DNA from: Trichinella spiralis
Taxonomy: Eukaryota
NCBI RefSeq assembly: GCF_000181795.1
Contig: NW_003526944.1
Span: 186,001 to 250,000, forward strand
Direction of reading: 5' to 3'
DNA length: 64,000 bases
The stretch's first letter is position 1, and every line of letters begins with the position of its first letter. This document shows, piece by piece, positions 12,041 through 26,020 of this stretch. The translations under genes were made by a program, and so were the position numbers. The notes below the pieces were generated by a model. That model was not told the origin of the DNA, did no database searches, and was given only the letters and a program-made list of their open reading frames with translations.

Positions 12041-14418
12041 TTGTGTTTGTATGTGGCAAAATTTTCAAATGTCTACCTTCCGCTCAGACTTAAATTAATG
12101 TTATTGAAACAAAAAATGCCAATATAAAATGAGAACATTTTTTAATCGCAAAACAGAAAATGCAAATAAAAATCTATTAAAATATTTAAATAAATAAATA
12201 ATGAAACAGCTTAACAAAAATAAACTGCAGTTTCACAAAAATATGCAAATTACAATATCACAAAAACCTACACCGTCATGGATCATTTAATCCCGGCCTT
12301 GTTGATGTCTTTAAATTTACACTTTGAATCTGATTAAAATAATTCCATACTATTTCACAATTTATAAATGAAATACAGTTCACAATGATGAAATTAATTT
12401 TTAAAATGCGATCAATTGGTGCATCACTGAATTTATAAAATATAAAAAAATATGTACTTAATAATAATAAAAATGAATTACTTTTTCAATGGAACCCATT
12501 TCTTTCTTAGTCTAATGCATTGTAATTTATAACACCGCATAAATATATACTTGAAAATCAGATTCACTACAATACTACAATAGTGATATACAGTATTGCT
12601 TAATTGAAATATTTAAAAATTTTTAAAATTTTCAATTAGTATATAAAACTGAAAGGTCTTACCGAAATTTTCTTCCAATTAATAACGACTTATACGAAGT
12701 AATCAAAAATTTTTGTTCCTCCAACATCGTTGTTTCAATGATGTCACATTATAAAACGTACAAATGTAAAAGGGACTTCGACAGCATACGTCAAAAATAA
12801 TTATGATTTTCTGACGGAAAAATGCATATGTCATTTGTGGCACACCCTTTCTTGAAATGATTGACTGATCTGAAAATGAAACTGCCTTCAGCAAAAAATC
12901 AGTTTATTAAAGGGAAACGACCTATCTGCGGCAAAAGATTTAATCTCAACTTGCACTAAAATGACAAACTTATTCAAGTGCTATTCAAAAACGCATACAA
13001 AAATCAATTTAATGTATATGTAATGCAGCACTTATGAACAATAAGTATGAACAATATTTTTCAATGAAATTTCTACTAATTTCATTTGAAAACTTAACTA
13101 AAGTAACAATAAGGACAAAATTTTCAAGTAGAATTTCTATTTAGGCTATTTCTACCAGAGAAAATAATAAATTATTCTTCACTCTCCATCGACACCTACG
13201 TATACGATGAAGTGAGTTGCTCACTAATAAAATTGCATAGCTGTATACATTTTTAATTTTGAAAAAAGTCAAACAGCATACTTTAATAATTTAAAAGTGC
13301 CTAATAACATGTAAAACATATGTAAAAAGCAGTAAATTTATCGCACTGTTTTCACATACTTGTTGCATAGCTAAGTTGACGAACATTTCAGAGCATCAGT
13401 GTACATTTGTGTACATTGAGCCAGCCAGAGTAAGCTGATTTCATTTGAAAATAAAATTTCATAATTAAGAGAAACAAAAGCAAAAATATGCATTATCGTT
13501 CTCGACCAGCTTGTGAAATTTTGAATAAAAACACGAGAAATAAATAAAAATTTTACCGTAATTTTCAGTAGGATAATCATGTATAAATCGTATCGCGTGT
13601 TACTTGTTTCCCTGATTTTATTTTTACTTCATTTCTGATTTTTTCAATTTATTTAGCAGTAATTTAGTTAATGGTAGAATTGAACAAAATTTTCATTAAA
13701 AAAAGTGAATAAAATGTACCAATCGACAGACTGCTATTTTATATCACACAGTGGAATGGTTTTAATATTTCTTTTTCTTTCTTCCAAATCAAGAGCCATA
13801 AATGAATACAAATCTACCTGAACTATGATGATGTTCACACCATTAATTAATGCACGCATGTGGAAGGTTCGAATTTGAAAATATCACAACAAGGAAGTAC
13901 TACAAATTTAGCAGCGAACTTCTTCTACAGACGTAAAAAAGTTTGTAATAAATACTTTTACCAAATATAAAATATTTCCATATTCATCATCAAATTGGAT
14001 ATATCTTGTTCAAATTAAGAAATCTAAGAATAATAATGGAAAATACGAGCCACTTCTATGTGAATTCGAGAAGATGGAATATGAGTAATTGAAACAATCA
14101 TCATCAACAACAAGAACAACAATAAAAATAAAAAAAAATAATAATAAAAATAAATTGGAAAAGTCGATAAAAGATTGTTCGTTTGCGTGGGACTTAATAG
14201 TACAGAAAAGGAATGAAACGAGAAAAAAATTAAGAGATCAATGCAAGTGCTGAGAAACAAAAACTGAAAATAGTTCTCGTCTTTTCATCACCTTACACGA
14301 CGTTGAAATGAAACAACAAAAGAAAAAACCAAAGACATAAAAAAGGCAATTAAATTCATAAATTTTAACACAACTTAAGTCAACTAGAAATAAAAATTGA
14401 AAAAAAAACTTGAAATTT

Positions 14419-15312
14419 TCAAACTTGTTGCTTCAAGTGAAGCCAGTTGACTAGAAAGCCGGCATTTTTCCAAAATGGACTCTTCTTGGTCATGATGATC
14501 GCCGGTTGGTTGGTTTGGACGATGTGCTTGTAGGGTATGAATCCGATGTTGAACAATTTGTGGGCAATGACCATTTCCAATTTGGTTGCCAAGCCGAGAC
14601 GTCTGAATTCCGGAAATACCCACAGATGGGTTAGGAAAGCATACTCGCTGTCGCAGAGGACGAATGCGGCCAGCTTGAGGTCGTGGCGGCGCCGAATGCA
14701 GACGTTCGGATAGCGGCTTATGCGCTTCTCGATCAAGGCTAAACTACCTTCGAACCGATGGGGCCAACAATCGTTGACCAGCTGCGCATCTTCTACTCGC
14801 AAAGTATCCAAGCAGAACTGCTCGTCCAGCTGCAAATCAGCCACAGCTTGATGCAAGCTGGGGCGGTGACTTTCGGGCAGATGGAACAATTTCAACTGGG
14901 ACCATTTGTCGAACGTGAATTCGCCACGTTCAAAAACCGCCTTGAACACTGGCAGCCATTCCACGGGCAAACTTCCAAGCACGAATCCATTGTTCTCGGT
15001 GAAGCCGTGCTTCGCTTCTACGGCTTCCAAAAATTCCAAAACCCCGCCCGGCTTTTCAAGCTGGCTGCTGAAAAACGCCGCGAACGGATACCGCTCGTGA
15101 GAGGCAAATTTGCAAAAATCGATCACAAATAATGCGGTCGGATTGGGCCAACGGTCGGCGTAGCACAGTGAATTGCTCGACGTATGCTGAACCGACGAAA
15201 CATCTTCCTGGTCTCGCAGCAATAACCAATGGTGAACAACAATCGATCTCGGCAAATGAGCTTGAGTAAATCGCACTGCCGAACCAAAGTCCGCTTCGGT
15301 CAACAAATGCAT
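14419..15312 (-). CDS. GNAT-family acyltransferase (glycine N-acyltransferase/FR47-like), intronless
   Basis: DAQLVNDCWPH, RISRYPNVCIR and acetyl-CoA motif A LWVFPEFRRLGLA, followed by PYKHIVQTN. First ATG at 15312, preceded by a TTTTAG acceptor. Confidence 0.85.
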   Translation of the reverse strand: MHLLTEADFGSAVRFTQAHLPRSIVVHHWLLLRDQEDVSSVQHTSSNSLCYADRWPNPTALFVIDFCKFASHERYPFAAFFSSQLEKPGGVLEFLEAVEAKHGFTENNGFVLGSLPVEWLPVFKAVFERGEFTFDKWSQLKLFHLPESHRPSLHQAVADLQLDEQFCLDTLRVEDAQLVNDCWPHRFEGSLALIEKRISRYPNVCIRRRHDLKLAAFVLCDSEYAFLTHLWVFPEFRRLGLATKLEMVIAHKLFNIGFIPYKHIVQTNQPAIIMTKKSPFWKNAGFLVNWLHLKQQV

Positions 15313-17471
15313 CGGTGACAAATTTGAAAATTTCTAAAACTACATTTAAATTAATAATTCACAACAACTAAATTTGCAATGCTGTTTTGTCAATTCAAAA
15401 AAAACAACAACATCAAACATTCTTATTCAACAATAATCAACAAATGTATAAAATGCAGCAAATTTCACTGCCATTAGTTTTTGAACAAATTAGCAGCAGC
15501 AGCATCTTGCTTAAAACAATTTACAAACGTAAACTTGAATTCCAAATGAAACTCAGCAGATTAGAATAAACACGTCAACAATAAAGCCAACTTGCACATC
15601 TTTCAGCAAAACAAGTTGCTCTGAACAAAGATAGCAGTGCTTTAAATATTCGTTTGATCAGTTGGAAATCTTCATATAAACCAAACCGATCAAAACAAAA
15701 AAATTCACTTTAAGTTGTGATTAATAATCGAAATTTCTTTATATAATTAAAAGATTATCCAACATTAAATGATTGTCAGAGAACAAATAAAATGTCAAGA
15801 TGTTTCACCGAAAATCAGTAAAACAACAACACAATCAATAATAATTTAAATAATGAAACAAAAAAAGACGATAATCTGTGAAGAGCAGCAAAATCAATAA
15901 TATGGACAAGACATGCATAAAAATATATCATATAATCATGAACTGTATGTAATCTTGGCTATCGCAACAAATTCATTTCACTTCTAATGCCACAGTTAGT
16001 GTCATAATTACTAACGCCCTGAAATATGACAAAATTCAAAATGCCGCAATACGCGTAAGATGTTATAAGGAAATGAAATGAAATGTAATGTAAAGTGAAC
16101 TCTTACGAATGTACATTCGTGAGATGGAGCAGGAACATTAAAGTAACAAAATAATATCAATTGTATCGATCATATCACTGTTTTTAAATATAGAATTATA
16201 AAAAAATAAAGAAAATCATAAATATCGCCACACAAAAACAAAACAAAAATATAATCGTCTAACAAAAAGTAGAAAATTAATAAACACAATAGAACTGCTC
16301 AAGTGTTGAATTCTAAAGCTTCACAACAAAAATATTGGAAGAACCAAATTTCAAACAGTCATTTAAATCATGCAAAACAAATAAAACTTATGCTTTCGGA
16401 ATGAAATTTGTAATATAAATTACTCTATTTTTATCAAAAATGAGAAAATAAAACTAACACACTGCCTATTGAACTACATCAGCAACAACTAAAAGAAAAG
16501 AATTTGGAATAATTAACATTCAAGTACATAAAAATACACCTCTTACAAAATATAAGTCAATGCAAAGCTTACAATAGCTTATCTTTAACAGAAAATAATT
16601 TAATCATTCGTCTTTAATGCATCTATACAAAAGATAAAATCAATGCATAAATCTCTTCTTTCTTACTGTAATAGCAAAACAACCTCAATTTATCTGTAGA
16701 TATACACATTCATGTATGACTATACCTCGATTTGTATTTATTTAATTATGTATAAATTATACGCATATAAATAAATAAATAAACAAATAGGCATAACTGC
16801 GTGAATATTTAATTTTATTATGCTTTCATTTCATAAAGAAAAACTAAGATTTAATTTTTTAAATGCAATGCAATATCACAAATGAACAACAACTGAGTGA
16901 GCTGTTTGCTGGTAATATGATATGGGAAAGTTAACATATACAGCGCCATTATTATCACATTTCATTATCATATTAAATTTATTCTTTATGCATTAGCACA
17001 TATAAGCATAAACAAACGGTGTTATTCAATAAACACTTTGGTAATTGTGAAATAAGCTTTAAAAATTAAAAATTATAATGCAGTTTTACAAATATTAATT
17101 TCCTAAATTTAAAAGAAATGAATTCTACAGCAGTGACAATAGTTAAAACATTTTTGACATTATTTTACAGCGCAATACAGTAACAACAGTGTGATATCTT
17201 GGAGATATGTAATATTAAATTCCAAAATAATATATTAATAAAACTTGGACATGAAACAGATTGACATTTGATCATTCTTCTATCATTTTTTAAAAACAAA
17301 AGCTGATTTTTTAGAAACTCAAATTAGACTTGATTTTCAATAATGTACAGTATACAGCTGTTTTTGTAGGAAGCATTTACGTGTTAAGCGATGAAGCGAA
17401 AGACGCTGCAGAGTTTTGAAGTTAATTTTTCAGCCTATTAATAACTGAAATGAAACAAATAAAATAAGAAT

Positions 17472-18479
17472 ATGGTCAGCTTTAATAAAAGAGGATTCTG
17501 CGAAGCAAAGCATTTGGTTGTGCGTAATCGATTCGCTTTGCCCGATGCTGCAAGACTGTCGAAATGGTTTCCGGCACACATGTTCACCGGTATGAAGCAA
17601 ATGCAAGCTAAAGTGCGATCGGTTGATTATGTGGTAGAAGTACACGACGCTCGAATTCCGTTTACAGGTCGAAACCAGCAGTTTTACCGGCTACTTTATA
17701 GAGGTAAACCTCACTTATTGTTGCTAAACAAAGCGGATTTGATCAGTAAATCTCGTGTGCGAGACGTTGAGCGCATGTTGATGTGCAAAGAGGATACAGT
17801 GTTGTTCGGTTCTTTCAACGGTCGCCAGAAGGACGCGTCCGCGATGTCACTGATGAATTTGGTGCGGCATTGTCTGAATACGAATGAGCAACGTTTCCAT
17901 CGTCAATACGAGACCGATTACAACGTGATGATCGTTGGCATTCCAAATGTGGGAAAATCGACTATCATCAATTCTCTCAGGGCGAGATTCACCGCACTGA
18001 ACAGCAAAGCGTGTGCAGTCGGTCAGAAACCAGGTGTCACCAGGTCAGTGATGAATCGCGTTCGCATCTGCGACCAGCCCAAAATATACGTATTCGATAC
18101 ACCAGGTGTGCTCGCACCACAGCTCCAACCGGATGATAGTAAATCATGTGTTGAAAGCATACTGAAGTTGGCTCTTTGCCAATGCTTGCCGAACCGGCAT
18201 GTCGGTTTGGAAACGCTCTGTGACTTTTTGCTTTACATGTTGAACAGACAGAACAATTTCCAATATGTCGACCATCTCGGCTTGTCAAATGTGTCCGACA
18301 GTATTCATGACGTGCTTCAGCAAGTTGCTGAACAATTTCACTTTAAAAGGACAATGTCATTGTATGGCGTATTACAAGATGTCCAAGACTTTGAACGTGC
18401 TGCTGAAAAATTTCTCACACTTTTTCGTTTGGGTATTTTAGGTGATCAATTTCTAGATTTTGAATTTCTTAATCAATAA
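17472..18479 (+). CDS. MTG1: Mitochondrial ribosome-associated GTPase 1 (RbgA/YlqF family), intronless
   Basis: WFPAHM, EVHDARIPFTGRN, then circularly permuted G motifs NKADL (G4), GIPNVGKS (G1), PGVT (G2), DTPG (G3). Confidence 0.95.
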   Translation: MVSFNKRGFCEAKHLVVRNRFALPDAARLSKWFPAHMFTGMKQMQAKVRSVDYVVEVHDARIPFTGRNQQFYRLLYRGKPHLLLLNKADLISKSRVRDVERMLMCKEDTVLFGSFNGRQKDASAMSLMNLVRHCLNTNEQRFHRQYETDYNVMIVGIPNVGKSTIINSLRARFTALNSKACAVGQKPGVTRSVMNRVRICDQPKIYVFDTPGVLAPQLQPDDSKSCVESILKLALCQCLPNRHVGLETLCDFLLYMLNRQNNFQYVDHLGLSNVSDSIHDVLQQVAEQFHFKRTMSLYGVLQDVQDFERAAEKFLTLFRLGILGDQFLDFEFLNQ

Positions 18480-18903
18480 AGATAAAGAGAAACATCACTC
18501 TGATTAACGTACATTAAAAGTGGGTGGTTCAATTAATCCGTTGCAATTACTTACAGTTATGCACTGTGTATATTGTGATGGATTGGATTTCAATTCATAG
18601 ATCACAAGAAAAGAAGAATTTTATTCCCATCAATATGTGATGCATTTTCCTTTTAACGTAATGAATGCAACAAAGTTGATTGATAGACTGGGCTAACGCC
18701 AACACGTCATCAAGTGAATGATAAAAAGGCGACATTATCACAAATCATAGAACTTATAGAGCCTGAGTAAATTTTGCAAAATGGTCAAAGGGGAATGCAG
18801 GATCGTTAGACGGCCTATACTTAAGATGGAAAAAAAGCTGAGCGAGATTCAAAATTCGACAAAAAAGAATAATAAAAGATAAACTACCCGTCACAAAATG
18901 AAT

Positions 18904-21900
18904 CTAAGACTCCTGAAACAAATTCGGCAATGTGTTTGGACTAATTGAAGACGTAAAAAACGGTTGCGGAGAAGGTCGTTGCAATGGTGGTAACTCACCG
19001 AAAATCTGTCGAACTTGATGGGTTTTCAATGGTTTCTTAAAAGACATAGTCAAAACGAAACACACAAATACATATAATTGACGTAATTTCAAAATGGACG
19101 TTAATATAATAATAATACTTACAAGAAATTCTTTTATCAAACTTTTGAACCAGTCCCGTTTAACTTTGAGCGTTACTTTATTGCACGATTTAAAATCTGG
19201 ATTTTCCAATGCATTCAAGATTTTCTTGTCAAATGCCTAACACATCATACAATCCACAATGCTGACATCATTATCATTCAAATAAAATGCAAAAAACATA
19301 CTTGCAAATCTCCTAAAGAACACTCCGTCGTCTGCAACAACACCGTTTGAGCTGCATTCGGATAAATATTACGCTGAAACATTTAGTAACAGTGAATCAA
19401 CAACAATATAAATAATTATTTAAATATTAATCAAGTAAAAGAAATTATCAAAGATGATATAAATGAAATTATATGCTCACAAAATGTTCATATAGTTGAA
19501 CAGCCAAGTCGTACAATCTTCCCACAAATTCAGGATTCAAACACTGCTGCGGCATAGCTCCCAATATGAAAGCGTAGGCATGCTTGAACGACTCTTCGTC
19601 AAGAATACCATTTGACTGTAGCTGAAAATAATGTCTAGTCAATATATATATATATATAAGAAAATGAAGCAAAATTCGACTGCCTCCAAGATAGCCAAAC
19701 CAGCCACTTGACCAATGTGAAAAGCTGCAACGGGTTCGCGCCAACTGAGCATGTTCAACAAAAGAGACACTAATGATGCATAACAATTCACCTAAACATA
19801 TGTGGACGCAGCTGTTGTTAAAGAACAGTTATATTTCCCCAAAAACAACAACAGTAATAACGATTACCTCTCTTTGAAGTAAAGATTTGCCAAGAAAACT
19901 GAGAGCATTGCTGCTTGATGTCTGCTCATCATTAGCATCCGTATCCATGGCCGATGAGTTGAATTCAGGCAATTCAACGGCTTTTGGTGTAGCTCTGGGT
20001 TTTTCTGGATCCTGCTGCAGAAGCAAAGATCGTAAAAATAATGCTAACTCTTTAGTTAGCAATGAAACAACGTTCTCAGTGAATATTTGCTGTTTAGTTT
20101 GCTCGTCGTCAAATTCGTAGGCATTCTCTTTTTTCATAATTAGATGCCAACGAGCTATGAGACGGTCATTTAGATGTTCGACCAACTTTGCCAAACCGTT
20201 GACGAAATAACTTTGCACCTCAGTGGTGGAGTTGCTCAATGGAGTGATCACTCGTCTCAGAAATAACCGCAATCGATAATCCATTAAATTTTCCAAATCC
20301 CCGAAAATACCATGCTCTACATAGGACGCTGCATTTGGCAACGCAAAAAATTGCCAGTCAAAAGCAAATACGCATCGAATCAGTAAATGTTGCCTGAAAA
20401 TCAAATTCATTACCGTACATGTACAACAGAACAATAAAAAAATATACATACAAGTGATCAGAAAGTTCTGCCAAAAATAATTTCATTTTTTCATAAAACA
20501 CTTCTTGACGTTGCATATCTTCGAATTTCTTTGTTTCATGAGGTTTGCCTTGAAAAAAAAATCAGTTCACTACTTGGTCATGAAAATAAACTTTGCTTAA
20601 CAACAAACAAGCAAACAAACAAAACATTAAATCCCTACCCATAACTGCACTCTTTTCAGCATCCGTTAAATCGAACAATTTCGCCTTGTCGTACGTTGCA
20701 TGAACTACTTTCAAACTGCTAACACTGTAAATTCCCTTCAAGCATCTTAAAAAATATACAACTTTGGCTTTTAATTTTGCAATGAAATCAGTAGGTTTTT
20801 GCTAACCGAAGAAAAGTAAAAAGCGTAGGAAAGATCATTTGAAATAGTTCAGCAGCTGGATGACAAATTCGCAAATTACCCTGAACATCAGTTATGCAGA
20901 AACCGCCTGTTTTCGCATCCTGAATAAGAAAAAAGCAAACTGAAAAAAGCAAACCAAGCAAACAAACTTCACACTCATCCGCACCTCAATTTCTGTCGGA
21001 ACTTCCAGTCGACTTATAACCGAATGCAATATTTTAACGTGAAATGAAAACTGTTATAAAAAACAATATAATAAAATTGAAATTTCAAAGAAATGATAAC
21101 AAGAAATATGAAAAATTAAATTAATACCTGCTTCCGGCGAGTGTGATAGACAAGATTCAGTGAATCGTCATTTGTCAAAGGATCCCCCAAACCAATATAA
21201 ATGAGAAAATTTTCTGGCTTGCTTACGGCTCTAAAAAATTTTATAATCATTAGCTAAACAAAATCTAAAATTCAAAAATTGCATAAGTTATTATTACTGA
21301 ATTTAAATTTCAAGATAACCAAAGCAGAAAACAAAATCATTAAATTGAGCAGTATAACAAGCAATTTAGATTTGAAAAAAAATTCATTTACGCCATAATT
21401 TCAGCTGATGCCCAAAACTCTACAGTCTGTTGCAACGTGACTGACATCAGCTGCGCATACTGTTCAAAATTTTTGAAGAGTTTGCACAAAGCAAACAAAC
21501 CTTCAACCACAGTACATTTCTGATGATCTGAAAGTTGTCCCGCAACTGCTGAAATTTCCTTCCAAATCAATTCGATGTGAGCCTTCGATACAAAAATATA
21601 ATCAAACAAAATAATAAACTGAACATATTAAAAATGGCATACAATTAAATGAGCCTGATGAACAGTGGCCATTTTGATGAACAAATACGTGAAATGGTGA
21701 CGAACTTCTGCCATTTCTGGATCATCGATGCCCAATGTGAGTGAAGAAATTAGCTTGCATAAGATGCCCGGAATGCGAGGATCAGAAACATCCAAAATTG
21801 GAAACAGACTAGACAATATCGATACAAGCGCTTGAATTGCGTTGACAACCTAATAGGAAAACTTTGTTTATGACGCTACTTACAACAACATTATCAACAT

Positions 21901-24615
21901 ACCTGGCAATTTTGTAGGGCATTCATCACTGCGTCCACTTTTGCCTGTATAATCGTGTACTCCTGCATAATATGCGCAAAAATAAATCAGCAAAAGTTCA
22001 AAAATGAAGTGCATTAAAATAATAAACAAAAACCGTTTTCTTCACATCTTCGATAACATCAACGAGAGAGTCGAAAACAACGTGGATTACTTTAGCGGTG
22101 GTCATGAAGCATTCATCATTTGATGCTTTAGCTGGATTTTTTAAAATTTCATCAAGCCAACCCATTACAACAGAGTATGCTCTGCGCCAGTTGCTAGCAA
22201 CCCAGTCTCCAACAAATACTTCGCAAGCCTCACGCAATCCTGAATCAACGACCAAAGTTTCACTTCTTGCAAAAGCACAAGGAAACAAAAGGCAAAACTT
22301 ACGATGATAATCAATCGAAAAAGCAGTATTCGTTTCATAATCAAATTTCGCATATGCACTAAACGGCTCGACAGCTTTGGACGGTTCACCGTTCTGAAAT
22401 AATATCCAATGCATAAATAATGAACAATTTAAAAAATAAACGAATATTACTTTGAGCGTTGCTTTGGGTATATATTCAAATAATTCTGTCAATATCGGAG
22501 CAAAGCGTTCGATCTTGTACACCTTTTTGCAATTTTTCATTGAATTGAAAATCAGCGAACACCACATTCGACAATACTTTAAAAAAGACAAAAAAGAAAT
22601 AGTTTCAAAAATTAATTTAAATCATCAGTTCTTTTGTTCAACAAATTACCGTTGATGGATGTTTCAAAAGAGAAAGCATCAAGCGAAAAATTGAATCCCA
22701 ATTATCAATACAATCTTCAATTTCGAAAAGTTCCTGAAATGTTTTTATATTATAACTATTTCAGTGAAAAAATAAATTATGAAAAAAAACAAAACAGCCA
22801 ACCCAAAATGAACAAAAGCAAGTTGCTATGTCGAAAAACAAATGTGTAGCAGCTTTCAGCAATGCATAATTTTGCTGATCAAACGGTAACAACGATGTCA
22901 TCCTAAAAACTCAACTTTACCTCAAAAACAAACTTAATGGATATGAATAAAAATTATTCAAAAAATTTCAAAAGTTACATAAAAATATCATGCATATCAG
23001 TAAATATATTTCAAATTATCAAAGAGCACAACTTTCCAATTTAAATAAATCATACGTCAAATTAACTTACATTATAAAGTCATAAGCAAAGTTGAGTCTT
23101 CCAGATTTAAAAAATATAACAACAGGCTTGTAATTCTTGGCGCTTGCCTAGAACAAAGGCAAAAGTAAACGTGCATTTTAGATTAAAAAAATTATATTAT
23201 TATTCAAAGCTGTTTTAAACAAAAAGTATTACTTTTCTCGGAAAAACACTTTCTAAGCAACTAATTGCAATTTCTGCAACGGGTATGTTTCCTGACTTGA
23301 ATGCATCTCGAGCTGGTTCTAAAATTTTGTCAACAAACTTGGTAAAAAGGTGTGGACGAGGATTCAACGACGCAATGAGGCTGTTCAGAAGATGGTAACT
23401 TTTTTCAAGCATACGTTGCCTCACTGAACTCTACAAAAATAACAAGGAATTTTCAAAGTCAACACAAGTTAAAACTGAAAGCATTGCTTACCTCAGCACA
23501 TGAGGGTGGGATTTCACCTGCTTTGCTCTGCTTAATCATTTCTAATGTCAAATCAAAAAATTCACTCGCAGAATCCAAAACAACAGTACGCAACTCTTTG
23601 TTACGAGATGGATCTTCTATTAATTCAAATTCCATTACATCTTCGATCAAGCGCCCAATAACAGATAAAACGACTATCGCCTGACTCGGCTGAAAATAAA
23701 ATAACATTTACAAATTGCTTGTCATAATATATTAAAAATCAAATTTTTTAACAAACAAAGTCTAAGTACAATATTTAAAATTTTTTAAATTAATTAAATA
23801 AATTATATATATAATAAATTTCATACACCAATCTTGGATATGCTGCGGCAATCTTCAATAAATGATTTCCATTTCTGCGGCCAGTCACATTCCACTATTG
23901 CAACGATACACTGAGCAAAACCTTCCATAATTGCAGGTGTAGATCGAATGTCATTATTAGCAGGCTGAAAACAAAAAAACAAATTTTGGCAAATAAGACG
24001 TCAATTCAATGACTGCATACGTACAGATGAAAGCAAGCAATTAATAAGACGATCTTTCGACAATTGTTGAACAACTGGAGGCAAACTGGGCCATTTGGTT
24101 CTAAAATATTTTCCATAAAAAATGAAACTTTTAAAATAAATTAAAAATACCTGATAGCATGTAAAATAAATTGCAAGCCACATTGCTGCACATAAATTGA
24201 GAAGCAAATGTCAAGCATTCGGAAGCCAATCTCAAGACACTGGTTGCTTTCTTTCACCGATTCGATTAACTAAATAATAAAAATATCGTTTATCTCTTGA
24301 AAACAATAACAAGATAAAAAAAGACCACTTTTACTGAAAATTGCTTATATTCACCTCACTTCAATAATGCATTATAAAATCTTTTAATCTTAACATAGAA
24401 CATATAAATGTGAATAAAGAATTCGCTTCAAAGAATTTATTTTAAAAATATAACTTGCCCAAATTTTATGTACAATACAAAATGTATAGTAATAAAAGCA
24501 ATACCATATACGACGCTGAGCGCATATTGTAATCAGTTCCTGGTTGGAAGTTACATTCTATCGCTGAAATCAAATCTGGAAGAATGTCTCCAGTGACTGG
24601 CAAATTTTCGTTCAT
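18904..24615 (-). CDS. XPO5: Exportin-5, many short exons
   Basis: Importin-beta-like HEAT protein: CLEIGF..VQQCGLQFILHAIR, CDWPQKW, VIGRLIEDVMEF..PSRNKELR, LLKHPS, DYRLRLFLRRVITPL, and C-terminal KRDWFKSLIKEF...ELPPL...LPNLF. These resemble XPO5 rather than CRM1 or XPOT. ATG at 24615. Confidence 0.8.
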
Positions 24616-25983
24616 TCTGACCAAGCAAACAATTTCAGCTGTTAGCCACCTTTAAAATAAAATATTAGTTCACAACAAGAATTTCGCTTTGATGTAAAGC
24701 AATTACAAATCAAGCGTTTCAGTACGTTCTCCAAAAAATTGTTCTTAATAAATATTTATAAAAAACTATTTCACATCCCATTATACAATTTCATTCATGA
24801 AGAATTAAAAATAGAAGCTATGTAACAAATTATAAAAGACAAAAAGGGGAAAACCATAACAGATGCCCTGTTGCAAAACAGAAATACGTAACAAAAAGAT
24901 TAAAATTTGAAGTAATTTAGAAATTATTTGCACTTGAAACATCCTTCAATATTTTAAAATAAAATAAAAAGGAAAGGAAGACGCAAAAAACAGCATGCCA
25001 AAATTATGTGGAACAATCATAACAAATGCTTCTTACAGAAGGATAAATTAAATGATAGTTAAGATTGAATAACAATATCGCGGACATAGTTAAAAGTAAT
25101 TAATTCATAGGTCAGTGAAACATTTAATAATTGCCATTAATAACTTTTAATTTGCTGTTCTTTTGAATTTATTATCCTAATGATTCATGTAGTAGTGAAT
25201 GCCTACAATATCTGTAACGAGCGAAACTACGGGTCACTCGCACGTGAACTTAGTAGACTGTATCTTTGTTCGTATTGAAAGGCGGGAAAGTCAAATACGT
25301 TCGACAATCCAACCTTAACCGTGTTGCACTGACTTCCGTCACGATAGCCGTCAAACGAAACTAGATCAAGTGTCGACACAGTTTATTCAAAACGAATAAT
25401 AGTCAGCCAGGGATAATAAGACAAGAAATGACTCAATATAGCGCAAACAAGCAAAACACACTGAAAACAATCTTCAAAAGAAACGACAACGCCACACTTC
25501 CAGCTAAACTTTCTCACATCATGCGTCCCCACAGTACGCGACCTAGTCAGTCCTGACGCGCAGGTTTTCTAACGTTGATAACAGTATCCCCATTTCCGTC
25601 GTCCACAATATCATTTCGACAGTACAATAATTAGCACAAAAAGTAAATATGATTTTAGAACCACTAATTTAGAAAATTAAGATTATCGTAATTTAAAATT
25701 AAATGCAAAGTAAGATTTAAACAAGTACAGCGTTTCATTAATTGGAAGAATTTTTCTTTTTCTGTAATTAGGTCAGATATATTTAAATTTTTATTGCTTT
25801 ATTTCAGAATATTTTAGAAATAAAAATGATTGTATATTCTAAGAAACAGTTAAATTTTATATGTTTTACTTTTGTGCTTAATTTGTTGCTGTTATCCTCA
25901 GTTTTTGATTTTTGAATTCAAAATTTGCTGCCTAAATGAACTTGAAAGTCATTCATTATTACTTTTGAATTATACTGTACTCT

Positions 25984-25992
25984 GGCGGGAAA
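25984..25992 (+). promoter_or_regulatory. E2F/DP-type site GGCGGGAAA upstream of DEPDC1 (second copy at 25281-25289)
   Basis: Exact reverse complement of the canonical TTTCCCGCC, 28 nt upstream of the ATG. CHR-like TTTGAA at 25911 and 25964. Confidence 0.4.
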
Positions 25993-26020
25993 GCATCAAA
26001 TTGTTTTATTTAACTTATTT

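Noticed and set aside
14419..15312. Horizontal transfer of the GC-richer intronless GNAT
   Set aside because: Glycine-N-acyltransferase-like GNATs are native to animals, and several clearly eukaryotic genes here are also intronless. A phylogeny would be needed to claim transfer.
25210..25240. Hammerhead ribozyme (GAAAC...GTC) or miR-100-family seed (ACCCGTA on minus strand)
   Set aside because: No CUGANGA core; the seed lies in the loop of a short stem, not in a pre-miRNA arm.
25308..25320. Telomerase RNA template (AACCTTAACC)
   Set aside because: Does not template TTAGGC or TTAGGG, and no other supporting structure was found.
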